A stretch of DNA of 64,000 bases from Pelagomonas calceolata (Eukaryota). Both the position numbers and the translations under genes were made by a program. Below, piece after piece: positions 33,901-45,655 of the stretch. The notes under the pieces were generated by a model. That model worked only from the letters and a program-made list of their open reading frames with translations, ran no database searches and was not told the DNA's origin. The stretch is taken from positions 1,550,001-1,614,000 of the forward strand of contig CAKKNE010000002.1 of NCBI GenBank assembly GCA_918797485.1, written 5' to 3'. Numbering within the stretch: the first letter of the stretch is position 1; every line of letters begins with the position of its first letter.

Positions 33901-36900
33901 GTTGTAATTGTTTTTTACTGATACTTCGAGCCTGCCGCAGAGCCACTGTCTCCAGCGCATTCGCCTCCTTCAATCCTAAAGCGCCGGGGTACTTTGAACA
34001 CCACGCATCGACCACAAACTCGCAGGCCTCGGGGATGACCTGCCGCGTCGTCTTCCTCCGACCCTCGCTGTCCTTCGGTGTGCTATCAGCAATTCTCTCC
34101 ACAGCGTCCGTGTGCAGCTCCAGCGGCTCCAAACCCCTTCGGACCTCGATGGACACCCAGATCTCCTGGGGCAGTTCTTTTACACTTGCCACAGATTCAT
34201 CCTCAGAACTATCCGTGACCCACTCGTAGACCGACTCGTACTCGGGCACGTCGTCCCCGGCCTCGAGCGCCCTCCGCTCCGCCTCTTCCCGCTCCTTGCG
34301 CTCCTCGTCTTCGCGCTGCTTCTTCTTCGCTTCGCGCGACAATGCACTTTTCTCGAAGTCGTCGAACTTGCCGTACCTGCGCGGGGCGGCGGTTTCGCGT
34401 GCCGCGGCCGTCGGCGCGCGTCGCGAGGCGTCGAGGCGTGTCGCCTCCACGAGAGGAGGCGGCCAGTGGTCTTTTTTTCGAGTTTGAGCCGCTTCGGACC
34501 GCGTCGAGCGACCGCGTCCGAATGACCTCGAAGTCGACAAAGAAACGACCCCCAGCATCGCAACACCTCAAGACGCCGCGCGCGCGCAGCTTGTTCATCT
34601 TCTCAATATTCGTGTCGTCTTTCGCGTTGAAGGTCTTCCGCGCGAGCGCCGTCACCTCGTCGACGCCGTCCCAGCCCGCTATTTCGAGCCACTTCTCGTA
34701 CAGAGTCTTGTCGTCGTCCCGCGAACATTCGGCGATCAATGAAGAAAGTACTGCTCGCGCCGGCCGGACGTCGCCGCGCGTCAGATGCGCCTTGGCCAGC
34801 AAAAAGCGCCACTTCGGCGGCCACGGCTCCGGTAGACTTCGTAAACATCTCTTGGCCGCTTGAACAGCTTCCGTGGCCAAACGAGCACCCAAACAAGCTT
34901 CAGCATAACAAGCACACAAGCGAGCGACCTCCACCTGATCGAGGGCCTGGCCCATGGCCTTCTCCTGGGCCTGTATCGCGGCGCGACACGCTCGTAAAGC
35001 GTCGCCCGGCGACCGTGTCAGACGACACTGAGCCATTGTATCCAAAGCGTCGTGGTATTTCGTGCGAGCGTCTCGCTGATTCTTTTCAGATCGATAAATG
35101 GCGTCGTTCTGCCGCGCGTTATCACCCTTGCGCGCGGCGTTCCGCCAGGCCGCCTCCGCATTTTGGACGTTGATAACACCTGTGTGGCACAGACACCGTC
35201 GCGACATTGTCTCCGTGCACTCGCGCGACGCGCAGACTCTCATGTGCTCATGAAGACGCCATCGACGCGACGCGGCATCGCGTCGACGCCGTCGCCGCGA
35301 CCACGTCACGTTGAAGTTCAATGAAGACGCTGAGTCAGCACCAAGATACTTCGGGAAGCACTCGGCGATGGCCACGCCCCGGTGGATGAGCCGCGCCTCC
35401 TTGGCGCGCTGTCTTGCTGAAGCCGCAGCAGAGGGCTTGTTCTCTTCGTCGGAATCGGACGAGTCCGAGTCGCGGCGCTTTTCCTTTGAAGGCGCGGGCG
35501 GCTCCGGTTGCAGACCGAGGGCGATGCGTTCCGCCATGAACGCGGCGTGCGCCCTCAACTGCTCGGTGGGCACGTGCCAGTGCGGGTCGGACAGCGCCGC
35601 CGACGCGTTCGGCCCGCGGCTTCTCTTTAAGCGCGCTTCGCTGTGCGGGTCGCGGCCCCACGGGTTTTGGATTCGATCCGCATCTTCCCTTATTCCCGCG
35701 TTTCTGCCATCTACGAGTGCTGCGGCCGCATCTAGACACCGGTGCATGAACTGACGCCGTTCGAGCGCTCGCGCTAATAAAGGTCGTCGTCTCCGGCCGC
35801 CGTCCGCCGCGTCTCGCGCCATACGAGGATCTTCTCTCTGTAACCAAGTAGTCTTGGCGACGACTTCCCGCCCCAACTCGACGCCGTTCGCATCTCTGGC
35901 AACCACAATCAATCCGTCGCCCGCGTCCAACGCCGTCGAAAAGAAGGCTGCGGCACCACCTCTCGGCCGTCGGACCACCGCCGCGGCGAAGGGTAGCGGC
36001 GCCGGCCGCAACCCGACTTGTAATCGAGTTTTGAACGTTCTATGATTTCTTTCGGCGATACGCTTCAATGGACTTGTACCCTGCTCCGTCTGCCGACAGA
36101 CCCAATGCGACACGCGCACGCAGAGCTCCCTACGCGCGTCGGGCGGCGCGTAGACCCAGTGCAGGTCGGCTTCCGCTCCTGCCCTATCTCTCCATTCATT
36201 TTTATCTACAGACATGGACTCGCCCTCGTCCTCTGAACTCTCGTCCGTGCTCTCGGCACCCGAATGCTCTCGCCTCCTGGCTTGTCTAGTTCGTACTCGT
36301 AGGGAGAAGCCGCAGTCCAACACGTCGCATCGTAACGACGTATCTGAGAGAGATCGCACGCTCCGACAACCAACTGGTGTAGCTAAGTGAGTGAAGCGCA
36401 ACTTCGCGGCCGAAGCCGCCGCCGCGGCCGCGCGATCGCAGTCCCGCGACCGATATCTAATGATAGACGTCGTCAGCCTCGACAAACCCATCTGGTGCTT
36501 GCGCACCTTCTTCAACATCAGTTCCGACCGTCGCTGCAAATCCCCGAGTCGCAACGCCTCCGCGCCGCACGCACACAACGCGCACTCGACCTGGACGCGC
36601 TCCCGCCGCCTCGATTCCTCATTACTCACACCTATTTGGATCTTCTCGCCCAGGTCGTCGGGGTCCCAGGTCTCGGCCTGCGTGTTTCAAACTTCAAGTT
36701 GGGCTTCAACTCGGGGTCTGTCGTGGTCTGAGAGAGGTTCGAGTGTATCTCTCGGAGGTCGTGTCCGAGTTTGGGCCTCTCAGAGGGCCGCGGTGCCGAG
36801 ACCGCTCTCACTCGGCGAGACGCGAGGATCGCATCGATGGCGTCGGACGATGCTCCCAGACGCCGTCGACGCATGGTTGATGTCCACACGGGTCTCCGCG

Positions 36901-39900
36901 AGCGTCGTTGTTTCTTCACTCGACACTTTCGCTTCGGGACTCTCCGGATCTAGTAATTTAAAGGCAGCGACCCACCAGCCCGCGGCCGGCGGCGCGAGAT
37001 CCTGTATTCTAGTCCACAAGACCTCCGCTCGGTCGTGGATGGCTATCAATTGTCTTCCTAAGTCTAAAACTTCTTTCCTCAATGAAGACGCTTCGCTACG
37101 CAGGTCGTTCGCGTCCCTGCCGTCCCTGTGGGCCTGCCGCGCCTCGGGCGTGCCGTAGCGCACCTCGGCAATCCTCACATCTCGCAGGAACGACGCGCGA
37201 CCGATAGCAGGTTTGCACGCCTGATGTTCACGCTGTTCTCGTCTAAGAACGTTCTCAGCGTCCTTTCTTTCGCGTCGGACGGCCATGCCGGCGGCCACGG
37301 CCACGGTGAGCTTGCCCTGGGCCTGTGTGGGAACGGCACCGTCGCGAAACGACCGCGACTCTCTCACGAGGCGCGTGGGCGCTCTGGCGACCGCGTCGAC
37401 GACGTCGAGGCGATGCGGTCTCATGAAGACGCCATCGCCGCGACCACGTCAAGTTCAAGTTCATTTTTCACGCTGAGTCAGTACCGTTTCCGTGGTCCCA
37501 CCCTTGAGAAGCTTTTTCGCTTTTCGAGTCGAGAACAACTCGAGCAGACCCTTTTCTCTTTCTAAAAACACGCGGTGCTGCTGCTTCGATTGAACGCCCG
37601 GTCGCATCGCGTCCTCGACCAGTAAAGTCGCGTCGTTGCGATGTCTATCACATACGCCGAGCTCGTCGTCGTCCCCTTCGTCGTCGGACGGCGGTCGCGC
37701 GCCCCAGGACTCGCCGTCGCTATCGTCCGATGGTAATTCTGCTAGCTCCACCTTCTCCGAGGCCGTCGTAATTAGCGAAGCTGCTTGTAGCGTCTGCACG
37801 GAGCCCTGGTGGAATTGTACTGTAGAGTCCTCCTTGAGCGGGGAGATGTCCGTGTGTAATGTGAGGACCGAGTCCGTTTGTAATCCCGGGGACGCCAGAG
37901 ACTCCGTCTGGAGCGTTCTGGGGGACGCCTGCTCGTCGAGGATCGCCAGTTGTGTAGCACGGGGGCTCGCGTGCGGCGTCGCGTGCGGCGTCGTCTCCCG
38001 CATTTCCACAATTCGCGACGCGCGCGACGGCGCCGTCGCCTCGGAGCGTTGGCCGATCGTGGATTGGGCGAGGTCGTCGTCAATTTTCAAAGCCTTCTGG
38101 ATGGAGACGGGCTTGCTCAGCTGCTTTTTCAACCGTCGCCGCTCCTTCCGGACCCGGCGCAGAGCCTCCCGTTCGACGCGCGTCTTCCGCGCTCGTCTCG
38201 GCTCGTCGTCACTCTCGTTGCGCCGCGGTTCGGCACCAACAATAGAGTCGACCTTCTGTCGCAAACGAGCCGTCGTCGGGTCCGCGAGACCGAGCTCTAC
38301 TAGTCTAGCAGCGACGCCGCGCTGCTGGTCTCTGGAAAGCCACTGCAACGGCGCTCGCAATTGTCCTAATGAGAACCAACTTTCGATGGAAGTGACACAC
38401 AACGCCTTCGCGCCGGACGGCACGTGCCGAGCTTCCAACTCAATTCGGCCGTCAATTCTTCGAGCCGACGCGAGCCACCTCTCCAAGCCCACTCGCCCTT
38501 CCGCATCGTCCTTTAAATCTCTCGAACAGGCCGTGCCGCAGGCCAACTTAATGACGGACCGCCAGAGCATGCGATTCGTATTCGCGAAGTGCCGCGACGT
38601 GACACCTCGTAGGCGCCAGTCACTACCGGAAGTACGAGGGATCCTATCTGTACTACAAGGCAAATCACAGCCGTCATGAGGCAAAGCGCACCATGTCTCA
38701 GCAGTGGGCCACACTAACGCATCGGACGGGTGCACACATAGCACCGGGACGCCGTGGCGCGTCTCGAGTCTTAGAGAAAGGGCTCGACACAATTTCGCCC
38801 TTTCAAGGTCCGCGAGCCACTCCAGCCTCGAACCATAGCCTAACAAGCGCCAGTCGCTCATTTGTAGCGAGTATCTATGAGCTCCTCTCTTCGAAGGAAC
38901 GTGCGCGTCGCACCAAGCTAATACTATACGCAGCTCCTGTTGAGTGGTAGTGAACCGCAGCCGACACGGCACGTCTCTGACAAGGCAGGCCACGTCACAA
39001 CTCCATTGCTCTTCCTCGTCGATGCTGTCCTCGAGGCCGTCGAGTACGAGTCGGCCCCGCTTCACATCGACACAATCGGCGACGGCTTCACACAATGAGG
39101 CGCGCGCTCGAGCCGACCAGACCGCATCCCCTCGGCAGTACTCCTCGAACCCGAGCCCTCGGATGTAGGACGACGGGAGGTCTCGCTCCAGATGATTCGG
39201 CGCGGCCCAGTCGCTCGCCGAGCGCTCGGGCGCCACGCTCCCGTCCTCGGTGCCGACGCGCGACGCCGCGGCCGACGTTGGCCGCGACGTCTCGCGCGAC
39301 GCCGGTCTCGATGTTTCGCGGCTCGCGGGCCGGCTCGTGTTGCGAGAGGACGGCCTCGACACCGAGTTCTCGCGCGACGCCGGGCGCTCCGGCGAGAGGA
39401 GCCGCCGCGTCCCGAAGGCCTTGAAGGCCTCGGCGTCGTCCTTACGGGCTCTGCGCGACGAGCGGCGCCGGGCGAGCGCGTCTCGCGCCCCGCCCCGCTT
39501 CATGGCAGATGAAGTGGCCTCGCGGGCCTTCTCTCTATCAATCAACAACGCGTCGCTCCGGTCCTGGGCCTCATCTCTCCTCGTGCGGCCACACAAGCGC
39601 ACGTGGACCCGCCACCGCAGGTCCTCCGGTGCTGCGCCGCGCGCCTCGTCTTCGTAAGACAATCTAACGATGCAGCGCCGGCCCTTCACGACTCTGATAC
39701 ATGAATAAGGTGGATTGCGCGGCTCTATTCTAGCTAACGCTCTTCTCACTCTGTCTAAAGCTTCCTCTCGCACCTCAAGGACATCAGAACCCTCCTCGTC
39801 ACAAGAGGCCTTCTCGAGCGCGTGCAAAGGTAGCCAGTACCGCTCCGTGCAACACAGGCCGTCCAGCTCCACTTCGGCCGCATCTCTCGCGGGCACGACC

Positions 39901-41091
39901 CTACGAACCGTCCCCGCGGGCCCGATCGCACTCGATCGGCGAGACCAGAACTCCCGCTCGTCCCGCGGCGCCCAGGCGCTCACGACGCGCTGCCCCGCCT
40001 TCACGAAGTCGCCCCGCCGCTTGTTCGCGACGCGAAAGGCCTCGTGGACGTCCATCCTTAGCAGGCGCGGCGACCTGCGCGGAGCATCGCGGTTCGTATC
40101 TCGGTGTGAGATGATCGACGCGCGTCGTGACCACCTCATGATGAAGTGGGCGGTTTCTTTTGTGATTTTGAGTGAATTCGGACGCGATTCGGGGCGGTCG
40201 CGCGACGCGGTCCGAATTCACTCAAAATTCAATATAAAACCACCCCCGGCATCGTGCGATGGACACGAGTCGCGTCGATGGCGTGAAGACGCCGATATCG
40301 CACGTTACGGGAATCCACTTCCACGAGGTGTCGTCTTTCCCGAGCTCCCCAATGAGCACCTCGTCCTCCTCGTTATCCAGTTCTCCTCGCTCTCGGAACG
40401 CCTTAACATGGCCAGGAACCCACTCGCGGTTCTTCCAGCATAATACGGAAGCACCGTTCTCGAGGCCAGGAACGTTCTCGCACGAAGGCGCGTCGAGGCG
40501 CGCCCCCAGATGCTTCTCGAAGCGCTTCGTCGCCTGGGCCTTGCCTCCGGAACTAAATGCTGCTTTGGCCATACTACCTTGCAGTTTCGACTTTAGTAGT
40601 TTGTGGCTGAGGCTCCGCTTTTTTGGCGGTGGGCTCGTGACAGGTACCTTGCGGACGACTTGGGGCGACGCTGCGGCCTTTTGTTTGGCCGTGCGCAGCT
40701 GGATGGCCTCGAGCATCTGGGCCGCGGCTTGCCTCGACTCGACCCTTACTCTAAACCGTTCGTTCGCGCCCTGTCTAGTGGTCCCGCCGCCGCTCACTTC
40801 CGAGCCGCGGCAGCGACATATCGTCTCGTCCTGGGCCAGCAAACGACTGACTAATCGCAACGTGTCGGTGGTCGACGCGTAGCCCCTTGCCTCTGCGATG
40901 CGCTCGGCGGTCTCTTCGACGGCGGCGACGTCTTGTGCGGCCTGGCGCGCGGCGCCGCCGTCGAGCGAGGGCCGTCTTTGTAGTGTGGGGCGTTCCCTGG
41001 TGGAGGGCGGCGGCGGCGGCGGCACTACTACTTTGTCGGTGGGGCTCTGTGCCAGCACGGCGTCGAGGGCCTTGCTATGGGCTGGGTCCAT
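30932..41091 (-). CDS. Giant protein (~2813 aa) with coiled coils, TPR-like helices, an EF-hand and a C2-like domain; 10 exons, 9 introner introns
   Basis: Exons 41091-40304, 40074-37485, 37322-36900, 36677-35342, 35179-34588, 34376-33348, 33125-32948, 32785-32201, 31967-31698, 31582-30932 join in frame (8442 nt); EF loop DVDGDRTLDYDE; C2-like LIVEVW...LGEARI. Confidence 0.75.
31583..31697 (-). mobile_element. Introner family C intron (115 nt)
   Basis: GTGCGCTCGCGGCGT...GATGCTCCGCGCAG. Confidence 0.83.
31968..32200 (-). mobile_element. Introner family C intron (233 nt)
   Basis: GTGCGAGCTCTGCGT...GATGCTCCGCGCAG. Confidence 0.83.
32786..32947 (-). mobile_element. Introner family B intron (162 nt)
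   Basis: GTGCTGACTCAGCG...TTCCACACAG. Confidence 0.85.
33126..33347 (-). mobile_element. Introner family C intron (222 nt, GC-AG)
   Basis: GCGCGCGCGCGGCGT...GATGCTCCGCGCAG; joins CISM|YEEAE. Confidence 0.8.
34377..34587 (-). mobile_element. Introner family C intron (211 nt, GC-AG)
   Basis: GCGCGCGCGCGGCGT...CCCCGCGCAG; joins NKL|YGKF. Confidence 0.8.
35180..35341 (-). mobile_element. Introner family B intron (162 nt)
   Basis: GTGCTGACTCAGCG...GCCACACAG; in frame and stop-free. Confidence 0.85.
36678..36899 (-). mobile_element. Introner family A intron (222 nt, GC-AG, inverted orientation)
   Basis: TSD GTCTCGGC/GTCTCCGC; joins TTL|AETW. Confidence 0.82.
37323..37484 (-). mobile_element. 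Introner family B intron (162 nt)
   Basis: GTACTGACTCAGCG...CCCACACAG. Confidence 0.85.
40075..40303 (-). mobile_element. Introner family C intron (229 nt)
   Basis: GTGCGATATCGGCGT...GATGCTCCGCGCAG. Confidence 0.85.
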
Positions 41092-41343
41092 GCTTTGGCT
41101 GCTGCCCCTGTTGTAGTCTGCTGGTTGGTTTTGTTATTGATCCATGCGACGGATCGATGCGTTTAACCGGTGGTGGCGGCTGCCCGAGCCATGGTCGCGG
41201 CTTGCCTTGTTTGATTGGCAGCTCGCACTCGGCGCTGCCTTGTTTGCTTTGGTCCGCGGGGCGGAGGGCTATGAGGGCGCTGCGAGTCCGTTGCGGGGGC
41301 GCTAGGGACGGCTTGGAGACGTCGCGACTGATACCTTGCTTTC

Positions 41344-41366
41344 CTAGTGTGTTACATGCCGTTAGC
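41344..41366. promoter_or_regulatory. Recurrent upstream quasi-palindrome (degenerate copy)
   Basis: CTAGTGTGTTACATGCCGTTAGC in a divergent intergenic region. Confidence 0.4.
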
Positions 41367-41546
41367 TGTCGCACTTTTTTATGCCGCGAACATTTTTTTG
41401 GCCAGTATTGTGTGCAACCGGGCCAGCGCTCGTGCAAGGTGCCGCCGAGCACTCATAGATTCCACTGCGTTCACCCTGCAACAAATAGAGCTCGCTGCGG
41501 ACGCTCAAGACCGGTTTGGCCACAGGTGACCTGACCTGCAAACGCC

Positions 41547-42970
41547 ATGTGCCCCGCGCCCCCAGCCCCGCCGGCGTCTCCCGACGCCCACTACGTCCGC
41601 CTGGAGGCGCCGCCGACGCCCACCAATGAAGCAACCGACGCAACTGAGGCAACGACGAGCGCCGCCGCGACGGCCGCCGTCCTCGCGAACGCCGTCATGG
41701 GCGCGGGCATCCTCGCGCTACCCTACGCCTACGCGAGGAGCGGCGTCGCCGGCGGCCCGGCGCTCGTACTGTTCGCGGGCCTCACGAACGCGTTCACGAT
41801 GCATTTACTGTCGAGCGTGGGCCGGCGCGTCGCCCAGGACAAGGCTTCGTTCCACGCCGTCGCGTCCGCGACATTGCCTCCATCATTATGGTGGCTCGCC
41901 GATTTTGTAGTTTGTTCCATGATGGCTTTAGTTGCTACTTCGTATCTAATCGTCTTCGCGAACCTGGCGCAAGCGGCACTCGCTAGCAAGAGGAGGTACC
42001 CCTACGTCGTCATAGCCGCAGGCGTCTGCGCGCCCTGGGCCTACGCCGAGAAGCTGGGTGGCATACTGCAGTATACCTCCTATCTAGGTCTGATATTAGC
42101 TATATATGTGGCATTATTATCCATAGCGAATTGGCTCGACGCGGACCAGTTCAAGCCATGTCTGACAGGACACCACTGCGGCGGCACGTATCAATTATTT
42201 GAACTGAACCTAAAGACGCTCGACGCCTTCGCACTGGCGACGTTTGCCTTTACAGCGCAAACGCAAGTACCACAATGTGCCAACGGCCTTGACCAATACA
42301 CCCAGCCGAAGATGGACTTCGTATGTATTTCAGCAGTGCTCTTCTGCGCATTGCTCTATGCAGTGGTAGGACACGCGGGATACGAGACGTTCGGCAGTGA
42401 CGATCTCGGCGTCCCGTCGTGTTGTGGTGGTTTCACTTCTTCAATACGACTCGTCTCCATCAGAGAAGGCGATGGGTGCTTTCTTTGTCGAGTTCGAGGC
42501 CATTCGCGATGCCCCGCGCAGGTCTCGTGAATTCCGATCTACTAGAATCGTACCCCAATGCACCGGAAGTGGTGGCGGCTCGATTATGTGTAGCGGTCGT
42601 CGTCGCTACTTCCTACCCGCTCATGGTCGTGCCGTTTCGGGACTCGCTTCATTCGATACTCATGCATCAGACGCGATCACCGTCAGTGAAGGCGTTCGCT
42701 TCCCATCCACACTTCCGTGTCGTCGTGACGACGGGTTTCGTTCTCATATCTGCCGCGGTTTGCGTCGTTGTAAAGGATCTGGGGATAGTGCTGTCGATCG
42801 TGGGTAGCACGGCCGGGACGACGGTGGCCTACGCCATCCCGTCGTATGCGTATGTGCGCACGTTTTCTGGCGACCCCGACCGGAAGTGTTCCTTGATGCT
42901 CGCGCGGTGCGTCTTCGCGTATTCGGTGGTCGCGGTGCCGGCGTGCCTCTACGCGACGTTCCGGCCGTGA
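41547..42970 (+). CDS. Amino acid transporter (Aa_trans/AAAP, SLC38-like); intron 42397-42521
   Basis: ANAVMGAGILALPYA, FAFTAQ, GYETFG, SYPL, DLGIVLSIVGST. Confidence 0.9.
42397..42521 (+). mobile_element. Introner family C intron (125 nt)
   Basis: GTGACGATCTCGGCGT...GATGCCCCGCGCAG; joins FG-S|LVNSD. Confidence 0.83.
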
Positions 42971-43094
42971 CCCTTCGCTAGCGTGCTTCGCGATCGACAA
43001 GACGTGGTCTCTACGCCGTCGCCGCCGTCGAATGTAATTATATTATTGTGCAAGAAATTAGGTTGCTATGGGGATAGGAATATTGATGGGCCGC

Positions 43095-44378
43095 TCAGCA
43101 CGCCGTCGACACCGTGCAGTCGCAATTCGCGGCTTGCTGGGCGCTGTCCTTCCCAGCCTTGACTAATGTGGAGACGAGGGTATTGACCTGCTTCAAGGAC
43201 GGCGTCCAGGACGTCGAGACCGTCGTCGCTTGGAAGCATTGGTCCGTAAAATCCAAAGCTAAGGCATCATCATAAAACGTCGGCTCGAGCTCGCCCGCGC
43301 CGATGGGGCAGAGGCAGGCCATCTGGCAGCCGTCGGAGTCGTCGCCCATGTTCCCTTCCAGCTTGTAGCAGGGCGCGCCCATGCAGACCTCCACCACGTC
43401 GATCTCCCAGGCGAACCCGGCGTTGCTGTCGTGGGACTGGATATGTGTTTGAGCTTCGGAGTGGGACTCGCCTTTAGCTAAGGCTTTTCTGCGGCACTCT
43501 TCATTGGTGGCGCCCGTGTGGAAGGAGATGAAGTCGCAGCCGAGTCCCGACTCTTCGCAAATCGTGCCGTCGGTCAGCGCCGTGCAGAACGCGGGTAAAT
43601 CGAGGGTCCCGGCGTACTGGGCGGCCACGGCGTTGCGGTACGTTTCACTTTGAGAGAGGTAGATGGTCGACGAGCCCATGCGGAAGGTCGACTCCATGGG
43701 CGTGCCTGCGCGTGATATGACATCGAGTCGCGATCTCGCCCGAAACGCGCTCAAAATCGAAAATGAGACCACCCACTTCCATCATTCCTGGAGACGAGTC
43801 GCGTCGATGGCGTGAACACATCGTAGGACGCCGCGAACACACCCTCGAACATCTCGTTGACCGTCTCCGGGGCGCACTTGCACGCGGCCACGTCCGGGTA
43901 GTCCTCGAGCCCCGAGCACGTCGTCAGCCCGCACAGCGCGTAGGGCTGCGTCCCCGGCGTCGACAGGTCGCAGGTCAGCTGCCAGAACTGGTCCTGCGTG
44001 GGAACGACGCGTCGTATTCACTGGAAACGGTCCGAACGGCCTCTTCAGCAAAAAAGAAACCACCCGCGACCTCGTCTCATGGACACGAGTCGTTTGAATG
44101 AAGTGAAGGCGCCGTAACACGTCAAGACGCCGAGATCGCACCTGCGTGACCGTGAGGTCGTAGACCCAGCTCACCGACGGCGTGCCGCGCGGCGTGCGCA
44201 GCGACGCGCGCAGGTCGGCGTAGCGCTGCGTTTTTGTAAGAGTGGCGGCCATGCAGAGCGTGCCGACGACGGCTGCTGCGGCGTACGGCCTGCGGCGCTT
44301 TTCGGTGAGGAGCGGTGCGCTCTCCATGAGGGGCGTGGTCGCCTCGGCGTCGGTGGCGCCGTAGTTTTTCTCCTCCAT
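43095..44378 (-). CDS. Cys-rich type II membrane protein; exons 44378-44142, 43993-43843, 43705-43095 (~332 aa)
   Basis: N-terminal YGAT and ESAPLL (dileucine-like), one TM, Cys-rich luminal part; exon sum 999 nt. Confidence 0.7.
43706..43842 (-). mobile_element. Introner family C intron (137 nt)
   Basis: GTGTGTTCGCGGCGT...CACGCGCAG, core motif. Confidence 0.8.
43994..44141 (-). mobile_element. Introner family C intron (148 nt)
   Basis: GTGCGATCTCGGCGT...CCCACGCAG. Confidence 0.83.
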
Positions 44379-44727
44379 GGTCGTTGCTCCTGGGAGTTTG
44401 GTGCTGCCCGGGAGCGTCTGCGGGGTGTACGGAGCCCAAAACTCGCTGCTGCCCGAGACTCGGCCCAGGTCCGAAAGGAGAGAAAGATACTTTGAGGAGG
44501 GAGGGGGAGCTTTCGGAGGCGCCGCGCCGCCGCCGGACGTCCGCGCACCACCTCTCCGGCGTGGGGCGTCCGGACCTGTCGCGGAAATGGGGTGATGGCG
44601 CCGCGCGGTGGGGTTCTACAGGCCCGGAGAGCCTCCGGGACCCGGAAAAGCGTGATCCGGGCAGGCGGTCGGTCGTGGGCGAGCTCGTAAGCATCCGGGC
44701 CGGGCGCGCGGGCCCGCTGCCTCCGCA

Positions 44728-45630
44728 ATGTCAATGCTGAAGCCATTCGCAGGCCGGGGCACCTCGGCTCGAGAGACAAAAGGGCTGCCTAAAACACCTA
44801 TAGATATGGAGCCCGCCGACGAGGAGCTCCAGCAGCTGACGGCCCCGCCGGCGCGCGCGCCCACCCACAAGGCGCGCGCGCTCATCGGCTGCGTCGCCCT
44901 CGCCTCGACGGCCCTGCTCGTCGCAGTGACCCAACCACAAACGAAACGCGTTTCACCGGCCGTCCTCGCGGCCCGAGAGATCGTAAGGAAACAGATCAAC
45001 AGCCCGGGCGCCGGCCCCCACGGCCCCGGCGACGCGGACGTTACTCACGACGTCGACAGCTGCAGCGACCCCTGCATCCCGTGCACGAACGCCGGTTCGT
45101 ATTCGAGCTTCCCGACGATCATCCAGCACCTCATGGTCTACAACCGGGAGGCCACGCCCTACGGCGGAGTTATATTTACGGATAGAGGTCAATATGGGGA
45201 TGCGCACCAGGAGGACCCGTACAATGTGAAGGATATGGTTTCCGCTGTTGTCGAGTCGTACGACGAGTTGCTCGAGACGTGTCTGAACTCGGATCCTTCG
45301 GACGGGTCGGACACGTGCTCGCACTACTACGTCAATAGCTGCGAGCTGGACCAATCCTCCAGAAATTCGCAGGTAAGTTGCGTGGAGGCCTGCGTGACGG
45401 ATCGCTTCGCGCAGACGATGAAGGGTGTCATAGATGACGTCTCCGTCTGCGCGTACCCGGTCTCGTCGACGTTTCTCTTGGCCCCAAATGTGGTCAAGAG
45501 CTGCCTGGACCCGACGTACGACGCCAGTGAAGGGGGTCTCTACGACACGGACTCGGACTGCTACGCGTGCATTAGTGGATGCATGGAGGCGCAAGGCGGG
45601 GTGGACGCGTGGGTGCTCGACTGCGAGTAA
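44728..45630 (+). CDS. Cys-rich type II membrane protein
   Basis: Single TM (LIGCVALASTALLVAV) followed by a Cys-rich acidic domain; the start could be a later Met. Confidence 0.6.
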   Translation: MSMLKPFAGRGTSARETKGLPKTPIDMEPADEELQQLTAPPARAPTHKARALIGCVALASTALLVAVTQPQTKRVSPAVLAAREIVRKQINSPGAGPHGPGDADVTHDVDSCSDPCIPCTNAGSYSSFPTIIQHLMVYNREATPYGGVIFTDRGQYGDAHQEDPYNVKDMVSAVVESYDELLETCLNSDPSDGSDTCSHYYVNSCELDQSSRNSQVSCVEACVTDRFAQTMKGVIDDVSVCAYPVSSTFLLAPNVVKSCLDPTYDASEGGLYDTDSDCYACISGCMEAQGGVDAWVLDCE

Positions 45631-45655
45631 ATTTGGAATATAGACAATTAATAAA

